Shown here piece by piece: positions 1 to 10,110 of a stretch of DNA of 64,000 nt. Numbering within the stretch: the first letter of the stretch is position 1; every line of letters starts with the position of its first letter. The stretch covers positions 7,259-71,258 of the forward strand of contig CAZMLO010000006.1 in the NCBI GenBank assembly GCA_964567285.1, read 5' to 3'. Origin of the DNA: an uncultured Gammaproteobacteria bacterium (GTDB taxonomy: Bacteria; Pseudomonadota; Gammaproteobacteria; JAIEPX01). Under the pieces are notes generated by a model that worked only from the letters and a program-made list of their open reading frames with translations, searched no databases and was not told the origin of the DNA. Both the position numbers and the translations under genes were made by a program.

Positions 1-1639
1 TAGTAGTTGTATTTTTACTGTCTTCCGTTGTTACTCGAGCAAGATGATCATCCGCTTGTTGAACCGCGATTAAAGAATCTGATGCTGCATGATCATTGTT
101 TTGAGTAAATCCAATAGCATCAACACCGGGTCTTTGAGGCAGAGTTTGTAATTCGATTTCAGTTCCCGAACTACCCCGAGTGGACTTTTTCTTCACATCA
201 GTATTCATGAAGAGCGTCTTCAAATGCTCAAAAAAGGGCTGTTTGTTCCAAGTTGCCCACCAATCACTTAAGGCATCTGCAATACGGCTGAGGCCTGAGC
301 AGACGGGCGCTGCCAATGCGCCAAAGGCTGTTCCTACCAGCAGAACAAAGGTGGAAACTTCTATACTAAAAATGCCGGATAACGCCTTGATAAAAGCCCC
401 ATAGGCATGTGCAGTACCGATACCGACTACGGCCAATGAGCTTTCGAGTGAGGCTAAGTAGGTCGCTATAATGGGCAATTGTGAAATGGACAGAATGGCC
501 TGCTGGAGTATCGGAATATAAGTGACGATAGCACCAAAAATCAGCGGAAAAGTAACAGCCCATAGACCTGCGGTGGTGAGTATGCTCAGCATAGCACTGA
601 GAACACCCAAGAAATACGATGAAGCTGAAATGATTGATCGTAACCAGGGACGTTTTTTTACCATGTCTAAATGCATTAAATTGTTTTTAACGGACTTTTT
701 CACCGAGGTGTATGAAATCCGTGCGCTTTTATCGGGGGAAGTGATGGTCATGCCGAAAAATTTTAGGGCGCGAGAGAGGAGAAAAGGTACTAATACCACA
801 AGCGTATAAATTAAGTATCCGGTAAAAAATAAAAGTTGTTTCCCGAACCCTAGTTTCTCATCTTTAAAACTGTTACGTAATCCTTGGAAAGCGCTAGAGA
901 GTAAAGGTGCGAAAATAAATATTCCAATAGCCGGGAGAAATTCAGTAAAGAGTTTTGCGATATTAACAAGCACTTTAAAGGGGAAAACGACGAATAACTT
1001 TAAAGGAAAAATAATGAGGCCTTTGAACGGTATAGCAAAAATTTGAAGAATCTTCTTCGGTGTCCACACAAGTTTGCCATCTTCGTGCAAAGGATCCCAA
1101 CCGCCGAACAGCGCTCTTAAAAATTGTAAGAAGCTCAGTTCCAGCCTAAAACGAACACGGCCATTAACTGTTTTTTCTATTTTCTCCAGGCGATTAGGCA
1201 AACCCAGAAGTGAGGTTATAATCAGGCTCCAGGACAGTGAATAGCGAGTAGATTCTTCGGCATGACAAAAAGCTTGAACACCTTGGCTGGTCGCCACCTT
1301 TTTTTTCCGAATATCGAAGCCATCGAAGAGAAAGGTTTCTAAAAAGGCGAATCGACACTGATCTAGGAAGGTTTCTTTGGGTGCTTGATGTTGTTGGGGT
1401 AATCCTCCGAGGTTTTCAGATAGATTTGATGAAACCGCTGGATCAACAACAGTAATTGCCTCATCTTCTTCGCCAGTTCCGGATGGTGCTAAATCAACGG
1501 CTGGTATTCCCTCGTCATCAGCGGTAAATGCAATTTCAGATTGCGACTTAGTGGTGTAAGCCTGATTTGGGAGCAGAAGAGGATCAGTTTCGACCCCATC
1601 AGTGAGGCCCCCTAGGTCTTGTTCTTCGAAATATTGCAT
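1..1639 (-). CDS. Partial CDS (N-terminal ~546 aa; continues past window start) of a large multi-TM membrane protein. It is a paralog of the 1796..4444 gene.
   Basis: I translated the minus strand by hand from the ATG at 1639, and the frame stays open to position 1. It is absent from the ORF track because it has no stop inside the window. It shares long collinear similarity with the 882-aa neighbour: WTPKKILQIFAIPFKGLIIFPLKLFVVFPFKVLVNIAKLFTEFLP vs WTPKKKAQIILLPFKIFVILPVKIIAVPCKFFLNILKLFTELLP, and TSPDKSARISY vs TSPEKSARMAF. It has several hydrophobic helices. Confidence 0.6.
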   Translation of the reverse strand, partial: MQYFEEQDLGGLTDGVETDPLLLPNQAYTTKSQSEIAFTADDEGIPAVDLAPSGTGEEDEAITVVDPAVSSNLSENLGGLPQQHQAPKETFLDQCRFAFLETFLFDGFDIRKKKVATSQGVQAFCHAEESTRYSLSWSLIITSLLGLPNRLEKIEKTVNGRVRFRLELSFLQFLRALFGGWDPLHEDGKLVWTPKKILQIFAIPFKGLIIFPLKLFVVFPFKVLVNIAKLFTEFLPAIGIFIFAPLLSSAFQGLRNSFKDEKLGFGKQLLFFTGYLIYTLVVLVPFLLSRALKFFGMTITSPDKSARISYTSVKKSVKNNLMHLDMVKKRPWLRSIISASSYFLGVLSAMLSILTTAGLWAVTFPLIFGAIVTYIPILQQAILSISQLPIIATYLASLESSLAVVGIGTAHAYGAFIKALSGIFSIEVSTFVLLVGTAFGALAAPVCSGLSRIADALSDWWATWNKQPFFEHLKTLFMNTDVKKKSTRGSSGTEIELQTLPQRPGVDAIGFTQNNDHAASDSLIAVQQADDHLARVTTEDSKNTTT

Positions 1640-1795
1640 TAGCTTCCCCAAAATCGAAAATCCTACAACTCTCTATGATCGTTAGATTTGAAACAAGGAG
1701 TGTACCACAGTCCAGAGGCAATTTCCAAGGGTTTCACACCAGAAATCAATAAAAGTAATGGGTTTAAGCCTCTGTTAATATAAAAGTTGGAGGGC

Positions 1796-4444
1796 TCAAA
1801 CGACTGAGGTATCTGGCTTGAATTGTTGATTATCAGAGCTTTTTTGTGTAGAGGATAGGGTGGGGGTTGTAGTACTTGGAATCTTAGTTAATGCGATATC
1901 GAGACGATCAGCTGACTGAGAAAGATTCAGAGCAGCGGTTGAATCTCGTAGGGAGGAGTCAACAAGGCTTCGAGGTTTGGGACTGGGTGGCCTAGAATTC
2001 GCTACTGTGCCCTCTGAGGGAGCCACGGCCAGATGTCTTTTTTTATCCAGCATTAAAGCAGATTCAAGTGTATCCGCTCTATTGTCGAAAAAAGGCTCTT
2101 TAATTTTCAGGGTAGGTTCTGGGGTATTCCCCCAACGAGCCCAACTATTACTGAAACCTTCCGCCAATCGACTGATAATGGCGGTGATAGGGGGAGCAAT
2201 AAAAGCTACGGCGGTGCTGGCAATTAATACAACGGTTGAAACTTGTACTCCTATCAATGTGGCTAAGCTACTCACGATCCATCCGAATGTGACTGATGTG
2301 CCTAAAAAAGTACCCAAGCTGAGCAATGAACTTTGTAAGGCTGCAAAAGCCGTGCTGATCAAAGGAAATTGTAAAACCCAGATAACGGCTTGTATAAGCG
2401 CTGGAAAATAAGTGGAAAGAGTGGCCAGAGTGAGGGGTAAAAATATTGCCCAAGAAATCGCCGTAGCAATAATACTCACAAAACCTAAAATCACGCCGAA
2501 AGCAAAAGCGACATCTTCATTGGTTTCCGAATCTTCGCTTAATCCTAAGATAAATTTTCTGCCATAATTGAAAGCCATTCGCGCACTTTTTTCAGGCGAT
2601 GTCCAAGCAATACCGATTTTTTTGACGATATTCATCAGCACAAAAACACATATAACAGCTACAGAAGCTAGGCCGATAAGAATGGCGGGTAAAATATTGA
2701 GACCTGCGGCCTTTTTATAATCAAAAACTTTAATTGCTAATTTAAATAAGCTTTTATAAGCCGTTCTGAGTCCATCCACGCAAACGGTCGGGAGTAATTC
2801 GGTGAATAATTTTAGAATGTTCAAGAAAAATTTGCAGGGCACAGCAATTATTTTCACAGGCAAAATAACAAAAATCTTAAAGGGTAATAAAATAATCTGC
2901 GCTTTTTTCTTCGGAGTCCATTGCCAGTTCCGTTTGTCTCGGATGATTACCCAACCGCCGATAAAATTTCGTAATAATTGCAGAAAATCAAAATTGGGCG
3001 AATAATTAGGTTCGTAGGGTAAATTGGTTTTGGGGTTAAGTTGAAGCGGATCATGACGAGTAAAATGTGCAGCACGAGTAGGAAGCCCCAGAAAAGAACA
3101 AATGACTAAGCCCAGGGGTAATAGAGTGCCCCTATAAGGCCGCACTTCGATATCGGCAGTGGCTTTATGAGCAGTGATTTCAAAGCCATCAAAGCCATAA
3201 ACCGCCAAAAAATCCTCTTTGAAATGAGTTAAAACAGCTTTAATCACCTTGGCAACAGTCATTACCTTTTCCCGAGGCTGCTTCAATTTTTCTAATCGAT
3301 GAAGACTGGGATCTCCGCCAGGTTTATTGGTTGGATTATCCAAGTTTGCGATGGGAGTTGGATGACTATGTTTTGGCTGGTAATAAATGAAGCTTCTATC
3401 GGCTATAGCGAGAGGTTCTTCCGTGTTTTGTGTGATCAGCGGTAATTTTTCTCGAAGTCGCTCTAATTTTTCTTCTAGATAAAAACAAAGATCGATTCCT
3501 GCTTGGTTTAAATGATCTTTTGAGCCTTTTGTAATAAAGCGTTGGTCCTGTTTAATATTGAGCATGGCGATTTTAATCTGAGCTATCTCAAGTTCTGGGC
3601 TCAAAGAAGAATATTCAGGTCTATCCAAATAAAAAAAGACGGGATCTTGTGGCTCTAATAAAAATTTAAACGGATTGATAAGTACAATCTGATGTTGTTG
3701 TAGAAAGGTTTTGAGGACCTGGTCTAAATGATAATTACTCTCTAAATTAGGCGTTAATCTGAGCTCCATGTACAGATCAACAGCCGACTGAAATGAGGGA
3801 GGGAATTGTCTCATTAAATGAAAAAATAAGTATTCATCATAGTGCATAAAGCGAATTGAAAAAATGAGCATGTCATCGAATAATATAGCTGCGATTTGAT
3901 GAACTTTATCAGGGTTATTTTCGACAACAGCAATCAAATCACTCAGATATTGTGCGTCAAAAACTTGGCGTCTCAGAGGATGGTAGCTTTGATTGCTCAC
4001 ATCCTTACCCAGAAAAAGTAGCAGTGATTCATAATCTTTGTCGATAGAAGCAGTTTGCTCTGCTAAAGTATTTTCTAGGCCTTTTAATTTTTCTACAGTG
4101 CGGTCATCAAAATTTATCGGAATTTTTGAGGTAGGATTCTGTTGTATCTTCGCATCTTTTGTATGTTGAAGTTGCGTCAGCTGTTTGAGTGTATCCAGAA
4201 AAAACCTAAAGCAAGATGAAGAGGAAGAGTTTAAATAGTTTTGAAGCGGTTCTTGACAGAGCAGCGTATTGATTTGAGAAAAAAGTAGGGCATCTTCCTG
4301 GCTCTTATAAGTGGCTGCTGTGAATGGCTGCTGTAAACGTTGTATCAGTGACCTGATTTTAAGGCGAAGGACAAAAACCAATTCGATAGCGATTAGCTTT
4401 TTTAAGGTCTCTTCGTTATTTAGGTTTTCAGATCCTGCTTGCAT
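1796..4444 (-). CDS. Hypothetical 882-aa protein. It has an N-terminal ~480-aa helical soluble domain, a C-terminal multi-TM Gly/Ala/Ser-rich hydrophobic domain and a Pro/Ser/Thr-rich tail. It is effector-like and paralogous to the upstream gene.
   Basis: Long ORF on the minus strand. Several plus-strand antisense ORFs overlap it and are spurious. Paralogy to 1..1639. No recognisable enzymatic motif. Confidence 0.6.
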   Translation of the reverse strand: MQAGSENLNNEETLKKLIAIELVFVLRLKIRSLIQRLQQPFTAATYKSQEDALLFSQINTLLCQEPLQNYLNSSSSSCFRFFLDTLKQLTQLQHTKDAKIQQNPTSKIPINFDDRTVEKLKGLENTLAEQTASIDKDYESLLLFLGKDVSNQSYHPLRRQVFDAQYLSDLIAVVENNPDKVHQIAAILFDDMLIFSIRFMHYDEYLFFHLMRQFPPSFQSAVDLYMELRLTPNLESNYHLDQVLKTFLQQHQIVLINPFKFLLEPQDPVFFYLDRPEYSSLSPELEIAQIKIAMLNIKQDQRFITKGSKDHLNQAGIDLCFYLEEKLERLREKLPLITQNTEEPLAIADRSFIYYQPKHSHPTPIANLDNPTNKPGGDPSLHRLEKLKQPREKVMTVAKVIKAVLTHFKEDFLAVYGFDGFEITAHKATADIEVRPYRGTLLPLGLVICSFLGLPTRAAHFTRHDPLQLNPKTNLPYEPNYSPNFDFLQLLRNFIGGWVIIRDKRNWQWTPKKKAQIILLPFKIFVILPVKIIAVPCKFFLNILKLFTELLPTVCVDGLRTAYKSLFKLAIKVFDYKKAAGLNILPAILIGLASVAVICVFVLMNIVKKIGIAWTSPEKSARMAFNYGRKFILGLSEDSETNEDVAFAFGVILGFVSIIATAISWAIFLPLTLATLSTYFPALIQAVIWVLQFPLISTAFAALQSSLLSLGTFLGTSVTFGWIVSSLATLIGVQVSTVVLIASTAVAFIAPPITAIISRLAEGFSNSWARWGNTPEPTLKIKEPFFDNRADTLESALMLDKKRHLAVAPSEGTVANSRPPSPKPRSLVDSSLRDSTAALNLSQSADRLDIALTKIPSTTTPTLSSTQKSSDNQQFKPDTSVV

Positions 4445-4689
4445 ACCACGGTTCCGGCAAGGGTTTGTTAAAATATGTGAATTTCAGCTGGCAATTATGC
4501 CATTTTTGATAAGTTATTTCAAGGCAATGTCTCACATTTTGTCCTTTAAAGGCTAGTATCAATAAAGTAGTACAAATTCCCAGATAGTGGCGTATTCAGG
4601 CTCGGGTTGAGATACAGCTCAAACAGACTACTACGAAGCGAAACAGTGCATGATTGTTGGTCCAATATTCAGGCTCGTCTGGTGAATAC

Positions 4690-5655
4690 CTAGGAAGACG
4701 CACAGATTCTGTCTGCTAGGTAGCCTACGGATCCTGCATAGAACGTAGAGTTATTATAGGTCTTGATAACCTTAAAATTGTGGAAAGCGAGGAGTGGAGG
4801 GCCACCCTCCGGCATCAGTACGGCAGCCAGGAGTTCTTCAGACAAATCTTCAGGTACTTTCACGCCCATTTCCTGCCATTCTCCCAGTGTTCGGGTATTT
4901 TCAAGACCCAAGAGCTCTTCATCAAAGTCCTCGGGTAGCTCTGTCTGCAGTGCCCAGGGTTCGCTTCCGTGCCATTCATTTTTCTTAAGATAATTAGCGA
5001 TTGAGGCCAAAACATCGTCGGTACTGTTCCAGATATCCTTTTTACCATCCCCATCATAATCTACGGCATAGCGATACCAACTCGAGGGTAAAAATTGAGT
5101 TTGGCCCGAAGCGCCAGCCCATTCACCCTTAAAATTTTCGAAGCTGACCTGATGATCATTCAAAATTTTTAGCGCGAGCAGTAATTCATGCCGAAAAAAG
5201 GTAGTGCGACGGCCCTCATAGGCCAAAGTTGCTAATGCAGCAATTACCGGGAAATTACCTTTGACATGACCATAACTGGATTCCATCCCCCAGAGTGCGA
5301 CGATCATGCAAGGACTAACCTGGTACTCTTTGGCAATTTTATCCAGTAAAATCTGATGCTTATGATAGGCACGCCGACCCAAAAAGACACGGTACGCATC
5401 GATCCGAGAATTGCGGTACTGAAGATAGGTGAGTCGTTTTTCAGGTTGAGTCCGATCAAAATGTTGAACGCGTTTGCTGGGTTGTACACCCTGAAAAGCC
5501 CGATCAAAAACCTCAGGTCTGATGCCTTGATTGATTGCTTCCGTGCGCAATACTCTGACCCAGCGATTCCAATCTTGCTGAGGATTGTCAGTTGTTGCAG
5601 CAGCATTAACTGCAATAAAGGCAGATAGAAAAAGAATAATAAAATATTTGAGCAT
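4690..5655 (-). CDS. mltB: Lytic murein transglycosylase B (MltB family)
   Basis: N-terminal signal peptide. MltB-type motifs (SPCMIVALWGMESSYG; QFLPSSW). Size 321 aa. Confidence 0.8.
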   Translation of the reverse strand: MLKYFIILFLSAFIAVNAAATTDNPQQDWNRWVRVLRTEAINQGIRPEVFDRAFQGVQPSKRVQHFDRTQPEKRLTYLQYRNSRIDAYRVFLGRRAYHKHQILLDKIAKEYQVSPCMIVALWGMESSYGHVKGNFPVIAALATLAYEGRRTTFFRHELLLALKILNDHQVSFENFKGEWAGASGQTQFLPSSWYRYAVDYDGDGKKDIWNSTDDVLASIANYLKKNEWHGSEPWALQTELPEDFDEELLGLENTRTLGEWQEMGVKVPEDLSEELLAAVLMPEGGPPLLAFHNFKVIKTYNNSTFYAGSVGYLADRICASS

Positions 5656-5729
5656 AATTTACTCACTGCATAGTGTGTGCGATTAGAAGAATTATACAGT
5701 AATTAATAAAAAAGATTAATATAATTTTT

Positions 5730-5874
5730 CTGGATCGCCACGCTGCGCTCGCGATGACGAGAATGAAGGCAGTGGCGGTCTCCTAATCGCCACGCTGCGC
5801 TCGCGATGACGAGAATGAAGGCAGTCGTGGTCTCCTAACTGTCATTGCGAGCGCAGCGTGGCAATCCAGAAAAG
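5730..5874. repeat. Composite palindromic repeat element. The left arm is CTGGATCGCCACGCTGCGCTCGCGATGAC. A ~53-bp internal unit is duplicated in tandem. The right arm is GTCATTGCGAGCGCAGCGTGGCAATCCAG, the reverse complement of the left arm.
   Basis: Read directly from the sequence. It lies in the divergent mltB/fimV-like intergenic region. Family members are at 35831, 39897, 41301, 45226 and 46095. Confidence 0.75.
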
Positions 5875-5964
5875 AGCCTTGTCTTGCGGATGCACCAATT
5901 GATTTGCTTTTAAGTTTCGTTCTATAATCCCAGACTGGATGCTTTCCAAAAAGAGGGATTCTGG

Positions 5965-7065
5965 GTGCAAAAACTACTCGCCATTTTCAGTCTGACAACC
6001 ATTTTACTGCTGGTTTCAACGCCCAATTTTGCGGGACCCACTCAGACTTATGGTCCTACTAAGGCCACAGATCAGCTCTGGTACATTGCTCAAAAAGTTC
6101 GGCCCAGTCAGGAAGTTTCTAAACAGCAAACCATGGTAGCTTTGCTCAAAGCCAACCCTCAAGCCTTTACTGCCAATAATGTCAATGGATTACGTGCCGG
6201 TTATCGATTATCCATCCCTTCTTTGGCACAAATTAAGGCTATCCCGGCTACAAATGCTTTAATTCAGATATCTGAACAAAACGCGGCATGGTTGAATCAG
6301 GTCACTTTAAATCCTGTCGCCGTTAAAAATGCCCCGGAATCTTTATTTACTCTATTGGGATTGAGCGCCCCTCAAGAATTGCCAGCATGGCTTGTTAATC
6401 CCTTGGCTTTCCCGCTAAAGCCAACGGTATTAATCAGTCGATCGCCAGCACTGCCTGCACCGTCGAATTCCTATCTGACGGTAGCGGCTGCTCAACAATT
6501 GATCGAAAAAGATATTGCCGATCATCTGACACAATTCTCTCAGCGACTTGATGATTTTTTAAATAAAATCAAAGAGTTAGGGCAAAATACTCAACAAAAG
6601 CTGGAATCCGTTTCTGATGAACAGTCCACAATGAAAAATCAGATCGCTTCTCTCGATAAGCAAGTCCAGCAGCTTCGTGACAATTACCTCCATATTTCCG
6701 CGGCAACCCTTCAAGGCTCCACTTATAACGAAATAGGATTTTGGATTTTAGGCTCAAGTGTGCTTCTGTGTTTATTGATTTTAATTTACACCACCTCTCG
6801 GCGCCGTAAACTTTCTGTTCAACTCAAAGAAAACGGAACGGCATCCCTCAAAGATACCATCGAAACCATCGATGATGAGTACGATTATCTGGGTAGCCAA
6901 GAAGGGGTTTCAGCCAAATTAGATTTAGCACGAGCCTATATTGATATGGGGAATACCGAACAAGCTTCTCAAGTGCTGGAAGATGTCATCAACCATGGCA
7001 ATGAAGATCAACGTCTGGCTGCTCGAAAGATTTTAGCCGATATCACCCGGGATACTGTTCATTAA
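5965..7065 (+). CDS. fimV: Short FimV-like protein with an N-terminal LysM-like domain, one TM helix and the C-terminal FimV motif
   Basis: N-terminal LysM-like region (WYIAQKV...LLKANPQAF). TM segment IGFWILGSSVLLCLLILIY. C-terminal motif LDLARAYIDMGNTEQASQVLEDV. The conserved position immediately upstream of truA. Confidence 0.65.
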   Translation: MQKLLAIFSLTTILLLVSTPNFAGPTQTYGPTKATDQLWYIAQKVRPSQEVSKQQTMVALLKANPQAFTANNVNGLRAGYRLSIPSLAQIKAIPATNALIQISEQNAAWLNQVTLNPVAVKNAPESLFTLLGLSAPQELPAWLVNPLAFPLKPTVLISRSPALPAPSNSYLTVAAAQQLIEKDIADHLTQFSQRLDDFLNKIKELGQNTQQKLESVSDEQSTMKNQIASLDKQVQQLRDNYLHISAATLQGSTYNEIGFWILGSSVLLCLLILIYTTSRRRKLSVQLKENGTASLKDTIETIDDEYDYLGSQEGVSAKLDLARAYIDMGNTEQASQVLEDVINHGNEDQRLAARKILADITRDTVH

Positions 7066-7856
7066 TGCCTCATTTTGCGATTGGCATTGAGTACGACGGC
7101 TCCCACTATCACGGTTGGCAAGCTCAAGAGGGTTTACACACCCTCCAATCAACCCTAGAGCGTGCCTTATCCCAAGTCGCTGATGCCCCTATCGAATTAG
7201 CCGTAGCAGGTCGCACGGATAAAGGCGTGCATGCGGTGGGGCAGGTAGGGAGTTTTAGCGCCACAGTGGACCGTCCTTCAAAAGCCTGGCTGATGGGAAC
7301 CAATTCAAATTTACCCAAGGACATCGTGATTCGGTGGATTCAAGAGGTTGACGAGCAGTTTCATGCCCGTTACACGGCCTTAGCTCGTCGATATCAGTAT
7401 ATTATTTTAAACAGACCCATGCGCTCGGCCCTTTATCCGCATCGTTTGAGTTGGCACTATCACCGCTTGGATGCCGAACTGATGCACGAGGCAGGGCAGC
7501 ACTTAATCGGGGAGCATGATTTCCAATCATACCGTGCGGCAGAATGCCAGGCTCGGACCTCGATTCGGGAAGTGAGAAACTTGAATGTACACCGTAATGA
7601 GGATTTGGTTGTCATTGATATCACTGCCAATGCCTTTTTACATCATATGGTTCGGAATATCGCAGGAGTTCTAATGACCATCGGAGAGGGTAAGAAGCCC
7701 GCTCACTGGGCGCGTGAAGTGTTGCTCTCCAAAGATCGGACCGCAGCGGCAGCGACAGCCTCTCCATCTGGGCTTTATCTGGTTCAAGTGGAATATCCTG
7801 GCATCTATAAGATCCCTGCCTTTACGGGGTTGCCATCAATGATGGAGCTAATGTAA
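7065..7856 (+). CDS. truA: tRNA pseudouridine(38-40) synthase TruA
   Basis: GRTDKGVHA catalytic motif. 263 aa. Synteny with accD and folC. Confidence 0.9.
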   Translation: MPHFAIGIEYDGSHYHGWQAQEGLHTLQSTLERALSQVADAPIELAVAGRTDKGVHAVGQVGSFSATVDRPSKAWLMGTNSNLPKDIVIRWIQEVDEQFHARYTALARRYQYIILNRPMRSALYPHRLSWHYHRLDAELMHEAGQHLIGEHDFQSYRAAECQARTSIREVRNLNVHRNEDLVVIDITANAFLHHMVRNIAGVLMTIGEGKKPAHWAREVLLSKDRTAAAATASPSGLYLVQVEYPGIYKIPAFTGLPSMMELM

Positions 7857-7902
7857 CCTTAGCCTGTATCCTTTGCCATTAGCCTTCTGGGAGACCTAAG
7901 AC

Positions 7903-8793
7903 ATGAGTTGGTTTAAGAAATTATTACCCTCAAAAGTTGAATCCGCCACCGGTGGTAAGAAAGGTGTGCCTGAAGGTATTTGGAGCAAGTGCAATAAATG
8001 TGCTGCCACTTTATATCGCGCTGAGCTCGAACGAAATCTGAATGTTTGTCCTAAATGCGGATTTCACGAAAGACTCTCAGGACGAACTCGTTTGGCGATT
8101 TTTTTAGACGAAGGCCCTCAAGAAGAAATCGGTGCAGATGTGTTGGCAGTTGATCGATTAAAATTTAGAGATACTAAAAAATACAAAGATCGTTTAGTCG
8201 CTGCGCAAAAGAAAACCGGTGAAAAAGAAGCATTGGTTGTATTATACGGTCACCTTAAACAGATCCCTATTGTGGCTTGCAGTTTCGACTTTGACTTCAT
8301 TGGTGGCTCTATGGGGTCCGCGGTGGGAGAGCGATTTGTTCAAGGTGTGCACATGGCCATTGAACGTAAATGTCCTTTTATTTGTTTTGCAACTTCCGGC
8401 GGTGCCCGGATGCAAGAGAGTGTGATTTCACTGATGCAAATGAGCAAAACCAGTGCGGCACTGGCTCGATTGTCAGCTGCTAAATTACCGTATTTTTCTA
8501 TTTTATTGGATCCTACCACCGGTGGTGTTTCTGCCAGCTTAGCTACCTTGGGCGATATTATTATTGCAGAACCTGAAGCCTTAATTGGATTTACTGGGCC
8601 ACGTGTGATTGAGCAGACAGTTCGAGAAAAATTACCCGAAGGTTTTCAGCGTTCCGAATTTTTATTGGAACATGGCGCTATCGATATGATCGTTGACCGG
8701 CGTCAAATGCGTGACACAGTCGCTCGATTAATTGCCAAACTCACGCATCGTCCAGAGCCCGCTGTTGAAGAGCGTGCAGAACAGGCTGCATGA
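7903..8793 (+). CDS. accD: Acetyl-CoA carboxylase carboxyltransferase beta subunit
   Basis: N-terminal Zn ribbon CNKCAATLY...CPKCGFH. Carboxyltransferase core. Confidence 0.9.
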   Translation: MSWFKKLLPSKVESATGGKKGVPEGIWSKCNKCAATLYRAELERNLNVCPKCGFHERLSGRTRLAIFLDEGPQEEIGADVLAVDRLKFRDTKKYKDRLVAAQKKTGEKEALVVLYGHLKQIPIVACSFDFDFIGGSMGSAVGERFVQGVHMAIERKCPFICFATSGGARMQESVISLMQMSKTSAALARLSAAKLPYFSILLDPTTGGVSASLATLGDIIIAEPEALIGFTGPRVIEQTVREKLPEGFQRSEFLLEHGAIDMIVDRRQMRDTVARLIAKLTHRPEPAVEERAEQAA

Positions 8794-10100
8794 TCTCCAT
8801 CGATACAAGATGCGATAGGGATAATCTTCTAATGAACAATGCCAGGCCCAAAGATTTAGATTCATGGTTAAGTTTTCTCGCTCTGCGTCACACCCCCGAT
8901 GTTATATTGGGGTTGGAACGTATTTTGGTTGTTGCAGAAAAACTGCAGCTAACACAATTTTCTTCTCCTGTGATTACGGTCGCCGGTACCAATGGTAAAG
9001 GGACAACTGTTGCAGCTTTACAACGACTTTATAGCTATGCCGGATATAGAGTTGGCAGTTATTTTTCTCCGCATTTGAATCATTTTACTGAGCGCTTGAT
9101 TATTAATGATAAAGAGAGTGAACAAAGTCAGTGGATTGAGGCTTTTGAATTCATCAGTGACACCGTGGCCGATTTGCCGCTGACTTTTTTTGAATTTATC
9201 ACGTTGGCTGCCCTTTCTATTTTGAAAAACAATAAACTGGATCTGCTAATTCTTGAAATCGGTTTGGGTGGAAGGCTAGATGCTGTCAATTGTGTAGAAA
9301 ATGATTTGGCCATTATCACGCAAATTGCTTTTGACCATTGTGATCGATTGGGCACTGATCTTGAATCGATTGGGCGCGAAAAGGCCGGTATTTTTCGTAA
9401 AAATAAAATTGCGATTTGTTCAGAGCCTCATCCTCCTCAGTCTGTGATTCGTGCGGCTGAAGATTTAAATTGTGTCCTGTATCGTGTGGGTGAAGATTTT
9501 CAGATCAGGATTCATGAGAGCTTTTGGTCCTGGGAATCTGCGCAAGGTCACTTTAAAGATTTGCCAATTCCTGCCATACCGATTCCGAGTGTGGCTTCAG
9601 CGTTGATGGCGAGTTATTTGTTAGCCGATCGTCTACCCGTTTCTGACGCAGATCGGATTGAAGCTGCCACAAACACGCATTTATCTGGGCGATTCCAAAT
9701 TTTCCAAGATCGCTGTCCCTTAATTTTTGATGTGGCGCACAACGAAGCCGCAGCGATTTTATTAGCGCAGCGCTTAGCCAAAACTGAAGTAAGTGGCAAA
9801 ACCTATGCTATTTTCAGCGTCTTAGACGATAAAGATTGTTCCGCGATTGTGAAAGCCATGGGGAGTACTATTCAGGAATGGCATGTGATTCCGCTGGATA
9901 CACCTCGGGCGAAAAAAACCTCAGAAATTGTGAAAGAGATCACAGCACTTTGGCATCAACCTTGTTATAATCACCCAGATCTTAGCTCAATGTGGGGAAG
10001 ATTGAGGGAAAAAATAAAGCCGGAAGATCGTGTAATTATTTTTGGATCGTTTTATACTGTAGCTGCCGTGCAAGCTGTACTTAATCTGCACAAGGAATGA
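8790..10100 (+). CDS. folC: Dihydrofolate synthase / folylpolyglutamate synthase
   Basis: P-loop [11 protein letters not shown]. Mur-ligase fold. The ORF overlaps the accD stop. The true start may be the internal Met (MNNARP) near 8832. Confidence 0.85.
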   Translation: MISIDTRCDRDNLLMNNARPKDLDSWLSFLALRHTPDVILGLERILVVAEKLQLTQFSSPVITVAGTNGKGTTVAALQRLYSYAGYRVGSYFSPHLNHFTERLIINDKESEQSQWIEAFEFISDTVADLPLTFFEFITLAALSILKNNKLDLLILEIGLGGRLDAVNCVENDLAIITQIAFDHCDRLGTDLESIGREKAGIFRKNKIAICSEPHPPQSVIRAAEDLNCVLYRVGEDFQIRIHESFWSWESAQGHFKDLPIPAIPIPSVASALMASYLLADRLPVSDADRIEAATNTHLSGRFQIFQDRCPLIFDVAHNEAAAILLAQRLAKTEVSGKTYAIFSVLDDKDCSAIVKAMGSTIQEWHVIPLDTPRAKKTSEIVKEITALWHQPCYNHPDLSSMWGRLREKIKPEDRVIIFGSFYTVAAVQAVLNLHKE

Positions 10101-10110
10101 AGGACTGATT

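Noticed and set aside
1977-3005. Plus-strand ORFs (1977..2411, 2802..3005, 4311..4556 and similar) antisense to the 882-aa gene
   Set aside because: They are fully embedded antisense to a long well-formed ORF. Their low-complexity translations are typical of shadow ORFs.
3550-3580. TTAATATT motif resembling a PmrA half-site
   Set aside because: It is a single half-site inside a coding region, with the second TTAAT at the wrong spacing (20 bp rather than 11 bp).
5730-5874. CRISPR array
   Set aside because: The repeats are tandem units of one composite palindrome with no unique spacers at regular intervals. Other copies are dispersed singly. No cas genes.
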